NCBI GenBank assembly: GCA_964616865.1
Contig: CAZTUQ010000001.1
Coordinates: 8,713-72,712, forward strand
Direction of reading: 5' to 3'
Origin: an uncultured Muribaculaceae bacterium
Lineage (GTDB): Bacteria; Bacteroidota; Bacteroidia; Bacteroidales; UBA932
DNA: 64,000 nt
The translations under genes were made by a program, and so were the position numbers. The notes beneath the pieces are model-generated. The model made no database searches, was not told the DNA's origin, and worked only from the letters and a program-made list of their open reading frames with translations. Every line of letters starts with the position of its first letter. Position 1 is the first letter of the stretch. Shown here piece after piece: positions 26,919 to 35,445 of the stretch.

Positions 26919-28409
26919 CTACTCGGGCATCTCAGGAAGTACCCAACCATCGCGATATGTGTGCTTGATAAGTTCAGCTGCGTAAGCCTGGGCATCAACG
27001 GGATCCGTATAGGTCTTCTTGAATGTCGGATGTCCGTCGGTGACAGAGAATCCGTCCTTGATCATAGTGCGGATCTTGTCCTCAGGTCTGATGTTGGTGA
27101 ACTGCATATTCTCGCCATCCCAGAGGAGTTCCCTATTGAGGGACTGGAGACGGACTGCGAGCACACCCATCACGACCATCTCGTTGAGAGGGCCGGCGAC
27201 AGAGAAGTCAGACTTGGAAGGAACGCGGACTGCGGGATCTTCCTTGCAGGCACGGATCCAATCCATCTGGTGATCCTTCTTGCCTATCTGCTGTGCGTCT
27301 GCCTTGGGAGATGCAGGGACACGGCCGGAGAGGAGGAAAGGCTTGTCACCGTAGCAACCTACGACGAGAGTGTCCTTGGTACCATAGAAGATGCTACCGC
27401 CACCGGAGATGATGAGGTCGACACCCTCGGGGAGACCTGCAGGACGCTCGGGCAGAAGACCGCCGTCATACCACCAGACCTCAACCTCAGGCATGGCAAC
27501 CTTGGGGAGGTTCTCCCTCTCAGGGAATACCATCTTGACAATCTGAGCGTTAGGGGCGCTGTCTACGAGCAGTGCTGTGGAGCTGCCCTGTACCCTTGTA
27601 GGATATTTAAGTTTGAGAGCCTCGAAAGGAACATGCAGGATATGGCAAGCCATATCACCGAGTGCGCCCGTACCGAAATCCCACCAGCCACGGAAGTTCC
27701 AAGGGGTGTAGATTGAGTTGTAAGGACGATACTTGGCAGGGCCGATGAAGTTGTCCCAGTCGAGAGTTGCAGGAATCGGCTCCTCCTTCTCGGGAGTGGA
27801 AAGACCCTGAGGCCAGATAGGACGGTTGGTATAGCACTCAACCTTACGGACCTCACCAATCTCACCATTCTGGATCCACTCGATGGCACGTGTGGTATCC
27901 TTGCTGGAAGCACCCTGGTTACCCATCTGGGTAGCCACCTTGTATTTGGCAGCAAGTTTAGTCAAGAGACGGGACTCATACACTGTATGGGTAAGAGGTT
28001 TCTCTACATAGACATTCTTGCCGGCCGCGATAGCATCTGCAGCGATGATTGCATGAGTGTGGTCAGCAGTAGCGACGACAACACCGTCAGCATCCTTGAG
28101 CATCTCTGCATACATCTGACGCCAATCCTTGTATTTCTTGGCGTTGGGATATTTTGCGAAGACATGGTCAGCATACTGCCAGTCGACATCGCAGAGACCG
28201 ATGATATTCTGGCCTTCGGATGCGAGTTTGTTGATGGAAGCGGCACCACGTCCGCCGATACCTACACCGAGGATGTTGAGTTTGTCGCTGGGAGCAACTT
28301 TCTTTTTGTCTTTCTTTTTGGCAGCGAACATCTCAGGAGCCACAGAGACAGCGGCTGCTGCAGCTGCTCCGGTCTTGAGGAATGACCTGCGGGAAATTTC
28401 GTTGGACAT
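26919..28409 (-). CDS. Tat-exported Gfo/Idh/MocA oxidoreductase (copy 2)
   Basis: SRRSFLK twin-arginine signal; ILGVGIGGRG, ATADHTHA, YVEKPLTH, GALGDMACHILH. Confidence 0.92.
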   Translation of the reverse strand: MSNEISRRSFLKTGAAAAAAVSVAPEMFAAKKKDKKKVAPSDKLNILGVGIGGRGAASINKLASEGQNIIGLCDVDWQYADHVFAKYPNAKKYKDWRQMYAEMLKDADGVVVATADHTHAIIAADAIAAGKNVYVEKPLTHTVYESRLLTKLAAKYKVATQMGNQGASSKDTTRAIEWIQNGEIGEVRKVECYTNRPIWPQGLSTPEKEEPIPATLDWDNFIGPAKYRPYNSIYTPWNFRGWWDFGTGALGDMACHILHVPFEALKLKYPTRVQGSSTALLVDSAPNAQIVKMVFPERENLPKVAMPEVEVWWYDGGLLPERPAGLPEGVDLIISGGGSIFYGTKDTLVVGCYGDKPFLLSGRVPASPKADAQQIGKKDHQMDWIRACKEDPAVRVPSKSDFSVAGPLNEMVVMGVLAVRLQSLNRELLWDGENMQFTNIRPEDKIRTMIKDGFSVTDGHPTFKKTYTDPVDAQAYAAELIKHTYRDGWVLPEMPE

Positions 28410-28429
28410 ATTGATTGTTGTTTTAGAGT

Positions 28430-29311
28430 TTACTCATCAAGGTTCTTTACGCGGATATTGCGATACCATACCACATCGCCGTGATCCTGGAATCCGATAT
28501 ATCCCTTGTGCTCGTCACCGCCGCAGTTCTCGAGAAGTTCGAACGCGAGAGGCGCTTTCTCCTTGCGGAACTTGCTGGTATTGAGGAGCTCGGTCCACTC
28601 GGGTGTCCAGAGGTGATACTCGAGGACATTCTGGCCGTTCTGTGCGTGTACGACTGTGCCTTCGTAAACCATGATCTTGCCGGTATTCCACTCTCCGTAA
28701 GGGTTAGAGTTCTGAGGATCAGCGATAATCATGTCATAGAGCGAAGAAGACTGGCGGATACCGATGGTCTTGCCAAGCTGTGCGTCAGGGTGGTTGGCAT
28801 TGTCGAGAATCTGATACTCGGGAGCAGTGATGTAGATATGCTCGTATTTCTGTGTGCCGTCAGCCTTGGTCCTCTTGACCTCACGACCGAGGTAGAACAC
28901 ACCGGAGTTGGCGCCTTTCTCCACCTTCCAGTCAAACTCAAGGATGAAGTTGTGCCACCTGTACTCGAAAATGATGTCACCGCCATCGCCTTTCTGGGCT
29001 TCACCGCCGCCCTTGCCATTGAATTTGAGGCAGCCGTCCTCAACAGTCCAGCGTGAGGGGAAATGATCCTTGCCATATCCTCTCCAGCCTTTGGTATCCT
29101 TACCGTTGAAGATGCGATAATATCCGTCAGCGTCTTTCTCGAAATCGGCGAGATTGACCTCGGGGGCGTTTACGATTGTGTACTCGGGGACATTGTCATG
29201 TGCAGGAACGACAATCTCCTGGGGCTCTCCGTTAGCGGCCTTCTGGCCACCGCATGAAGAGACCGCAAACACTGCGGCAAGCGCAGCGACAGTTGCAAGT
29301 GTCTGTTTCAT
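28430..29311 (-). CDS. DUF1080 (3-keto-disaccharide hydrolase-like) lipoprotein
   Basis: Start 29311, MKQTLATVAALAAVFAVSSC; IFNGKDTKGWRGY, ANSGVFY, EYQILD, GYIGFQDHGDVVWYRNIRVK. Confidence 0.9.
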   Translation of the reverse strand: MKQTLATVAALAAVFAVSSCGGQKAANGEPQEIVVPAHDNVPEYTIVNAPEVNLADFEKDADGYYRIFNGKDTKGWRGYGKDHFPSRWTVEDGCLKFNGKGGGEAQKGDGGDIIFEYRWHNFILEFDWKVEKGANSGVFYLGREVKRTKADGTQKYEHIYITAPEYQILDNANHPDAQLGKTIGIRQSSSLYDMIIADPQNSNPYGEWNTGKIMVYEGTVVHAQNGQNVLEYHLWTPEWTELLNTSKFRKEKAPLAFELLENCGGDEHKGYIGFQDHGDVVWYRNIRVKNLDE

Positions 29312-29348
29312 TGTGTTGTTAGTTATTGAGTTTAAATGTTTGTATCCA

Positions 29349-30833
29349 TTATACATCCGTGGGCATATCGGGCAGCGACCAGCCGTCACGGTAAGTATGT
29401 TTGATGAGTTCCGCAGCGTACGCATTGGCGTCCACACGCTCGGTAAATGTCTTTTTGAATGTCGGATGTCCGTCAGCGACAGAGAATCCGTCCTCTATCA
29501 TGGTGCGGATCTTCTTGCCCTCGGGAATGTTGGTAAAGCGCATGTTCTCGCCGTCCCACTCGAGTTCGCGGTTGAGAGCCTGGAGCCTTACAGCCAGCAC
29601 ACCCATCACGACCATCTCGTTGAACGGACCAGCCACTGAGAAATCGGATTCGCAGGGGATGCGCACGGCAGGATCCTCCTTGCAGGCGCGTATCCAGTCC
29701 TGCTGGTGATTGACTTCCGGCACGCGGAGTGTGATAGGCACCTCGGGCACACGACCAGAGACGAGATAAGGGCTCTTGCCATAGCAGCCGCAGATGAGAG
29801 TATCCTTTGTACCATGGAATATGGCGCATCCGCCGTCCACATTGAGATTCTTGCCGGGACGGAGACCCGCTGGCCTTTCGGGCTTGAGACCGCCATCGTA
29901 CCACCAGACCTCAACCTCCGGCATCGCCACGAGAGGCATATTGTCCCTCGCGGGGAATACCATCTTGACTATCTGTGCATTAGGAGCGCAGTCTACGAGC
30001 AGCGCCGTAGAACTGCCCTGCACCTTGGAGGGGTATTTGAGATTGAGCGCCTTGAATGCAGGGTGCAGGATATGGCAGGCCATATCACCGAGAGCACCGG
30101 TGCCGAAATCCCACCATCCGCGGAAATTCCAGGGAGTATAGATATGGTTGTAAGGACGATATTTAGCCGGTCCTATGAAGTTGTCCCAGTCAAGAGTATC
30201 GGGAATAGGATCCTCCACAGAAGGTGTGGGCAGTCCCTGAGGCCAGACTGGACGGTCGGTAAAACATTCGACCTTGGTCACCTCGCCGATTTCACCGTTC
30301 CATATCCATGAGCATACCTGACGGAGCCCCTCAGAAGAAGCGCCCTGATTGCCCATCTGGGTTGCCACCTTGTACTTGGCTGCGAGTTTGGTCAGCAGAC
30401 GGGACTCATACACGGTGTGGGTAAGCGGCTTCTCCACATATACATGTTTACCTGCGGTAATGGCATCCGCCGCGATAATGGCGTGCGTATGGTCCGCAGT
30501 CGCAATCATTACACCATCAACATCCTTGAGCAGGTCATCATACATCCTGCGCCAGTCCTTGTATCTCTTGGCCTGGGGATATTTGTCAAATACATGCGCT
30601 GCATATCTCCAATCGACATCGCAAAGGCCTACGATATTCGCCTTGTCGCCCATCTGTGCGAGATCGGAAGCACCACGGCCTCCGACGCCGACGCCGAGGA
30701 TATTGAGTTTGTCGCTGGGAGCGACTTTCTTTTTGTCCTTTTTACGCGCCAATGCGTCCGGAGCCAATGAGATGGCAGCGGCCGCTGCAACGCCTGTCTT
30801 GAGGAAAGATCTGCGTGTTATTTCGTTTGACAT
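29349..30833 (-). CDS. Tat-exported Gfo/Idh/MocA oxidoreductase (copy 1)
   Basis: TRRSFLK signal; same motifs as, and long identical blocks with, 26919..28409. Confidence 0.92.
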   Translation of the reverse strand: MSNEITRRSFLKTGVAAAAAISLAPDALARKKDKKKVAPSDKLNILGVGVGGRGASDLAQMGDKANIVGLCDVDWRYAAHVFDKYPQAKRYKDWRRMYDDLLKDVDGVMIATADHTHAIIAADAITAGKHVYVEKPLTHTVYESRLLTKLAAKYKVATQMGNQGASSEGLRQVCSWIWNGEIGEVTKVECFTDRPVWPQGLPTPSVEDPIPDTLDWDNFIGPAKYRPYNHIYTPWNFRGWWDFGTGALGDMACHILHPAFKALNLKYPSKVQGSSTALLVDCAPNAQIVKMVFPARDNMPLVAMPEVEVWWYDGGLKPERPAGLRPGKNLNVDGGCAIFHGTKDTLICGCYGKSPYLVSGRVPEVPITLRVPEVNHQQDWIRACKEDPAVRIPCESDFSVAGPFNEMVVMGVLAVRLQALNRELEWDGENMRFTNIPEGKKIRTMIEDGFSVADGHPTFKKTFTERVDANAYAAELIKHTYRDGWSLPDMPTDV

Positions 30834-30910
30834 GTGAAAATGATTGGTAGTCTTATTTTAGCGGCTCTAAATTCGCACTTTTTTTTCAAAATACAAAACC
30901 GCAGCCTTCG

Positions 30911-30918
30911 CAAAAATA
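30911..30918 (-). promoter_or_regulatory. -7 promoter box for the oxidoreductase operon
   Basis: TATTTTTG on the minus strand in the AT-rich gap upstream of 30833. Confidence 0.45.
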
Positions 30919-31011
30919 CCAAAAATTTGCGCGTTTTGTACAATATAACATTCCAATGCACTGGCAGACAACATAGACAGCCATATAAGCAGGAGAAAAT
31001 ATTTCTTTTTT

Positions 31012-31740
31012 TCACCGGCTCGACGCGACATAGGCAAGCGTGACAGCGGAAATCTTCGTGCTGCTGTCATAAACTTTCCGCAGGGCGGCATGACATGCAG
31101 CGAGAGTGGCACCTGTGGTAAATACATCGTCAACGAGCAGGATATGGCGCGGATAACGGACTGACAGCACTGCCTTGAAAGCCCCGGCGACATTGGCACA
31201 TTTGCCCGAGACACCTATCATGGTCTGGGATTTGGAATAGCGGACGCGGCGGAGCATCTCCGGATGCAGAGTCCCCGGCAGATACCGGACAAGCGAGGAG
31301 GCGATAATCTCCGCCTGGTTGTATCCCCTCGTCATCCGCCTGCGCCAATGCAAAGGTACCGGCACAATGCAGTCCACATCTTGCGCAAAGGCACATCCAG
31401 ACAGACGCTCCCCGAGCATTGACCCGAAGAAACGCCCCGAATCTACACCACCGCCGTATTTCAGATGAGGGGTAATATGTCGGTATGGAGACGCCTCGTT
31501 GTAGTCGAACAAGGCCGCGGCACAGCAATAAGGCTCTTCGGCAGCAGCTGTCAGGAGTCCGTTGAATTTGTCCGCCATCTCGTTGCGCTCACTCTCCCAG
31601 AAATGCGTAAGCGGCATATCCGCCAGACACTCTATGCAGATGTATCGTTCGTGCATCATAAGAGGCTCGCCACAAACGGCACAGACCCTCGGGATGACCA
31701 TATCACCCAAGGATCTGAGTATGATGCCTATGCCACCCAA
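31012..31740 (-). CDS. ComF family protein (zinc finger plus phosphoribosyltransferase-like)
   Basis: CAVC...CIEC, VPVPLHWRR..RGYNQA, LLVDDVFTTGAT. Confidence 0.9.
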   Translation of the reverse strand: MGGIGIILRSLGDMVIPRVCAVCGEPLMMHERYICIECLADMPLTHFWESERNEMADKFNGLLTAAAEEPYCCAAALFDYNEASPYRHITPHLKYGGGVDSGRFFGSMLGERLSGCAFAQDVDCIVPVPLHWRRRMTRGYNQAEIIASSLVRYLPGTLHPEMLRRVRYSKSQTMIGVSGKCANVAGAFKAVLSVRYPRHILLVDDVFTTGATLAACHAALRKVYDSSTKISAVTLAYVASSR

Positions 31741-31747
31741 AACGAGG

Positions 31748-32494
31748 TCAGCAGCTCATCGCTCCGCAGACATTGATTACCTGTCCGCTGACATAGGAAG
31801 ACAGGTCACTCGCGAGGAATGCCGCCACTTTGGCGACTTCTTCGGGAGTGCCTCCACGGCGCATGGGAATGGTCTTGACCCAGGCATCCCGTTCCGCTTC
31901 GGGAATGGCATTGGTCATATCCGAGATAATGAATCCCGGTGCAATGCAGTTGGCGCGGATACCACGGGGGCCCATCTCCTTGGCTATCGACTTGGCGAGA
32001 CCTATGAGTCCGGCCTTGGAAGCCGAGTAGTTGCACTGTCCGGCATTACCGTGCTCTCCGACAACGGAGGACATGTTTATAATGCTGCCGCCACGCTGTC
32101 TCGCCATTATAGGGGTCAGCGCGTGGATAAAGTTGTATGCCGATTTGAGATTGACATTGATGACAGCATCCCATTGCGCCTCATCCATTCGCAGCATCAG
32201 TCCGTCCTTAGTGATACCGGCGTTGTTGACGAGTATGTCAATGTGCCCGAATTCCTTGTGAATCTCCGCCACGATATCATGCGTCTGTGCGAAATCAGAC
32301 GCGTCGGAGGCATACGCCTTGACCTTGTGTCCGAATGCTTCCAGTTCTTTTACAGTCTCTTCCGCAGCTTCGCCTATCACGAGATCCGTAAATGCGACAT
32401 CAGCTCCCTCTTCTGCAAATTTCAATGCGACAGCCTTGCCTATGCCGCGTGCGGCGCCCGTAACGAGGGCTACTTTCCCATCCAAAAGTCCCAT
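31748..32494 (-). CDS. fabG: 3-oxoacyl-ACP reductase
   Basis: TGAARGIG, NNAGITKD, YSASK, NCIAPGFI SDR motifs. Confidence 0.93.
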   Translation of the reverse strand: MGLLDGKVALVTGAARGIGKAVALKFAEEGADVAFTDLVIGEAAEETVKELEAFGHKVKAYASDASDFAQTHDIVAEIHKEFGHIDILVNNAGITKDGLMLRMDEAQWDAVINVNLKSAYNFIHALTPIMARQRGGSIINMSSVVGEHGNAGQCNYSASKAGLIGLAKSIAKEMGPRGIRANCIAPGFIISDMTNAIPEAERDAWVKTIPMRRGGTPEEVAKVAAFLASDLSSYVSGQVINVCGAMSC

Positions 32495-32498
32495 TATT

Positions 32499-33932
32499 CT
32501 ATATTATCATCGATTGTTCCACATCATCCGGCGCGATTTCCAGCCTGTCATGGCCGAGACGGCGCGCCCCGTCCTCTGTCACGAGCACATCGTCCTCAAG
32601 ACGAATGCCGCCGAAGTCGTAATATTCCTCCAACTTGTCGTAATTTACAAACTCGCGGGCCGTCCCCCCGCCTTTCCATTTCTCGATGAGAGCAGGAATG
32701 AAATATATGCCCGGCTCGTCAGTGACCACATTGCCTGGGACGAGACGGCGCGCCATGCGCAGGCTGCCGAGCCCCAGTTGGGACGAGCGCGTCTGACCGG
32801 CATCATATCCCACGAGATCTTCACCATAGTCCTCCATATCATGGACATCCAGCCCCATATTGTGCCCGAGGCCGTGCGGCATAAAGAGGCCCGCTACTCC
32901 GGCAGCAAACATGTCATCCACACTTCCTCGGACAATGCCGAGCTGTGCCAGACGCTCCAGCATCATCTTTGCCACCGCGATATGCACATCACGATATGCC
33001 ACACCCGGGCGCGTCAGAGAGAACGCATGTTCGTTGCAGTCATATACTATATTATATATATCCCTTTGACGGGGCGTGAATCTGCCACCTGTTGGATATG
33101 TACGCGTAAAGTCGCTGGCATAGTGGTCATTGGCCTCAACCCCGGCATCTATCACAAGCAGTCGGCCAGGGGTGATGACGGCATCATGGCTATGGTTGTG
33201 GAATATCTCTCCATGCTGTGTGAGTATGGTCGCAAAGGAGAGTCCCCAACCCTTGGATTTGGCAAGTCCCTCCATCGCTCCGCAAGCCTCCTGCTCTATA
33301 GAGCCTACCCGTATGAGACTGCGCCCGAGCCTATGCATCTGCTGCCCGAGGTCGCAGGCCGCGTCCAAAGACGCTATTTCAATATCTTCCTTGACGAGCC
33401 TCATGGAGACTATGGCGTCCACGAGGGCACGGGAAGCCTTTGCGCAGCCTTTCTTGCCGGCACTGAATGTTTCTTCGGGCGCAATGCCGAGCAAGGCTGA
33501 CAGCCTGAAGGCTGTATGATAGCGGGACGCCGGCACAAAATGGACAGGACGCCCGGCTGCCAGAGCAGCAGAGATGTCCTTGTCAAGCGTTGCCGAAGAC
33601 GCAGAATGACTCACACCAGCCCTTTCCGCAACTTCGCGGACCGACGGCAACGGGCCGGTCCATATAATGTCATCTATATCAGCATCATCGGCATATATGG
33701 TCTCAACTCCGCTGTCGAGGTCTATGACTGCAGCATACCCCGGGTCATCTATTCCGAAGAGATAAAGCCAGGTGCTGTCCTGACGGAATGCATAGGCATT
33801 GTCCCTATACTGGGCAGGAGCCTCGACATTGCCTATAAACAACGCCACTCCCCTGCGTCCCTCAGCCGCAGATGCTCCCATCTTGTCTATGAGCGCACGC
33901 CTGCGTCGGATATATACTTCTCTATCAAACAT
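32499..33932 (-). CDS. pepP: Xaa-Pro aminopeptidase (M24B)
   Basis: FRQDSTWLYLFG, IDAG....YASDFTRT, PHGLGHNMGLDVHD, TDEPGIYF, GGIRLEDD. Confidence 0.9.
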   Translation of the reverse strand: MFDREVYIRRRRALIDKMGASAAEGRRGVALFIGNVEAPAQYRDNAYAFRQDSTWLYLFGIDDPGYAAVIDLDSGVETIYADDADIDDIIWTGPLPSVREVAERAGVSHSASSATLDKDISAALAAGRPVHFVPASRYHTAFRLSALLGIAPEETFSAGKKGCAKASRALVDAIVSMRLVKEDIEIASLDAACDLGQQMHRLGRSLIRVGSIEQEACGAMEGLAKSKGWGLSFATILTQHGEIFHNHSHDAVITPGRLLVIDAGVEANDHYASDFTRTYPTGGRFTPRQRDIYNIVYDCNEHAFSLTRPGVAYRDVHIAVAKMMLERLAQLGIVRGSVDDMFAAGVAGLFMPHGLGHNMGLDVHDMEDYGEDLVGYDAGQTRSSQLGLGSLRMARRLVPGNVVTDEPGIYFIPALIEKWKGGGTAREFVNYDKLEEYYDFGGIRLEDDVLVTEDGARRLGHDRLEIAPDDVEQSMII

Positions 33933-33996
33933 ATAGCAAAAAACTTTCTAATCATTTCACCGCCCGGAAACTTCTCGCGCGCAAACAGGCAGCCTC

Positions 33997-34004
33997 CAAA
34001 TATA
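33997..34004 (-). promoter_or_regulatory. -7 promoter box for pepP-fabG-comF
   Basis: TATATTTG on the minus strand, about 65 nt upstream of the pepP ATG. Confidence 0.5.
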
Positions 34005-34061
34005 GTCAAAACCTCCCGACCTGCATCGCCCTTGCCAAAGAAAACGGATGCGCGCAGGCCC

Positions 34062-34862
34062 TTAATAGAGCCGTTCGAGTTCGTGCTGTATCTCCTCGGC
34101 ACGCTTGATCTGCTCGTTCAGATTCCATTTGCCGATATTGACTCCGTCCTTAAGGAACATGGAGCCGCATTGGTGGAAATAAAACTCTATACCTCTCTCC
34201 TTCGCCTCCAGATACAGATCTCTGACCCATTCGTACTTGATAGGCCTGACATCTGCCTTGGCGGCCCACTCGCCGCCGACATTGACACATTTGACGAGCC
34301 CGGTATCAAGATATTTACCAAGGGAAATAGGGGCGATGAGCGGTGAGCAGAACACCTCGCGATGGGTCAACGGCGCATCCAGGAAATACGGCAGACGCTT
34401 GTCCGCCATCTCCTGATTCTCTATAGAAATGCTCAGATGAAAGTGATCCCATCCCTCTCCCCAGTCACGCGGCAGGCACTGACTTATCCTCTCAGGGCGC
34501 TTGGTCGTGGTGACGAAAATACAGTCACGCCTGCGCCTGATGAAGTCCCAGCATCCGGCTCTCCACTCATCCGCCTCCTCGATAAAGAAATCGGACGAGA
34601 AACACAATTTGACAAGAGAACGCGGAGGACAGTCCTTGTCTTTAAGCTCATAAGTCGATACGCCCTTTGTGATTACGGTAGTATCTCTGCCATAGCGTTT
34701 GTCCATCTTGTAGACAAAGCAGTTTTTGCATCCAGGACTTGCCTTCTTGCATCCGTGCCAGGGATTCCATGCCACGGCTTTCTCTATTTCAGCATTCTGC
34801 ATAATGTATTCCGCACATTCCTTTTTTGGAATTTCAATGCTAATATACTCAATCCCAGGCAT
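34062..34862 (-). CDS. DUF5131 (phage Gp37/Gp68-like) radical-SAM family protein
   Basis: WNPWHGCKKASPGCKNCF (CX6CX2C), SDFF, TKRPER, SIENQ, VGGE, F.FHQCG. True start may be the ATG at 34802. Confidence 0.85.
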   Translation of the reverse strand: MPGIEYISIEIPKKECAEYIMQNAEIEKAVAWNPWHGCKKASPGCKNCFVYKMDKRYGRDTTVITKGVSTYELKDKDCPPRSLVKLCFSSDFFIEEADEWRAGCWDFIRRRRDCIFVTTTKRPERISQCLPRDWGEGWDHFHLSISIENQEMADKRLPYFLDAPLTHREVFCSPLIAPISLGKYLDTGLVKCVNVGGEWAAKADVRPIKYEWVRDLYLEAKERGIEFYFHQCGSMFLKDGVNIGKWNLNEQIKRAEEIQHELERLY

Positions 34863-34875
34863 CCCTGCAAGTGAA

Positions 34876-34905
34876 ATGAAAAACCCGATGCGTTACCGCA
34901 CCGGG
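34876..34905 (-). terminator. Intrinsic terminator after nrdG
   Basis: CCCGGTGCG-GTAA-CGCATCGGG followed by TTTTTCATTT on the minus strand (GNRA loop, one G.U pair). Confidence 0.75.
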
Positions 34906-34933
34906 AGGATAATTCTCTTCATGATCTTATAAA

Positions 34934-35434
34934 CTAATGAGTTGATAATGATTCCAATCCTCTCTTCCAGAAACGGGAAGTGATATCCTTACGGACGCAT
35001 TCTCCCGAATGGATATGCTGTACCATATACAGGCGCTGATTGGTCTGAGGAGAGTCAAGAGGACCTTTTTCGCTTATGTAGGGTCCGACCTTGACATAAT
35101 CAAAAGCCCTCCACACTTCGTCCTCGACATCCTCGCGGCCGGAATAGAGCGCGACACATACCCCATGGGCGGTCCGCACATAGTCCGCGAGACGGACAAG
35201 GGCATCCCTGTCATTCCCCTCCCCGAGGAAAAGGAAGCAATTGACACCGAAGTTGTCCTCAAAAAGGGCGTCTATGCGCTCTTCCGTCAATTCGGCCCCG
35301 GCATCCTCACGCAAGTGCGGAGAATGGCAACCGCTGCAATGCCCCTGGCAATTGCTGATACTGACAGCGAGGGTCAGTTTGTCCGGAATCTCTTCGAGCA
35401 CTACGGACGCCATCTCGGGGATATACTTGATCAT
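34934..35434 (-). CDS. nrdG: Anaerobic ribonucleotide reductase activating enzyme
   Basis: Start 35434: MIKYIPEMASVVLEEIPDKLTLAVSISNCQGHCSGCHS (CX3CX2C); VKVGPY, TNQRLY; directly downstream of nrdD. Confidence 0.92.
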   Translation of the reverse strand: MIKYIPEMASVVLEEIPDKLTLAVSISNCQGHCSGCHSPHLREDAGAELTEERIDALFEDNFGVNCFLFLGEGNDRDALVRLADYVRTAHGVCVALYSGREDVEDEVWRAFDYVKVGPYISEKGPLDSPQTNQRLYMVQHIHSGECVRKDITSRFWKRGLESLSTH

Positions 35435-35445
35435 GGGCGCACTGT

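Noticed and set aside
30909-30931. Inverted repeat CGCAAA...TTTGCG over the oxidoreductase promoter
   Set aside because: Only 6-bp arms in an A/T-rich tract and no regulator nearby; too weak to call an operator.
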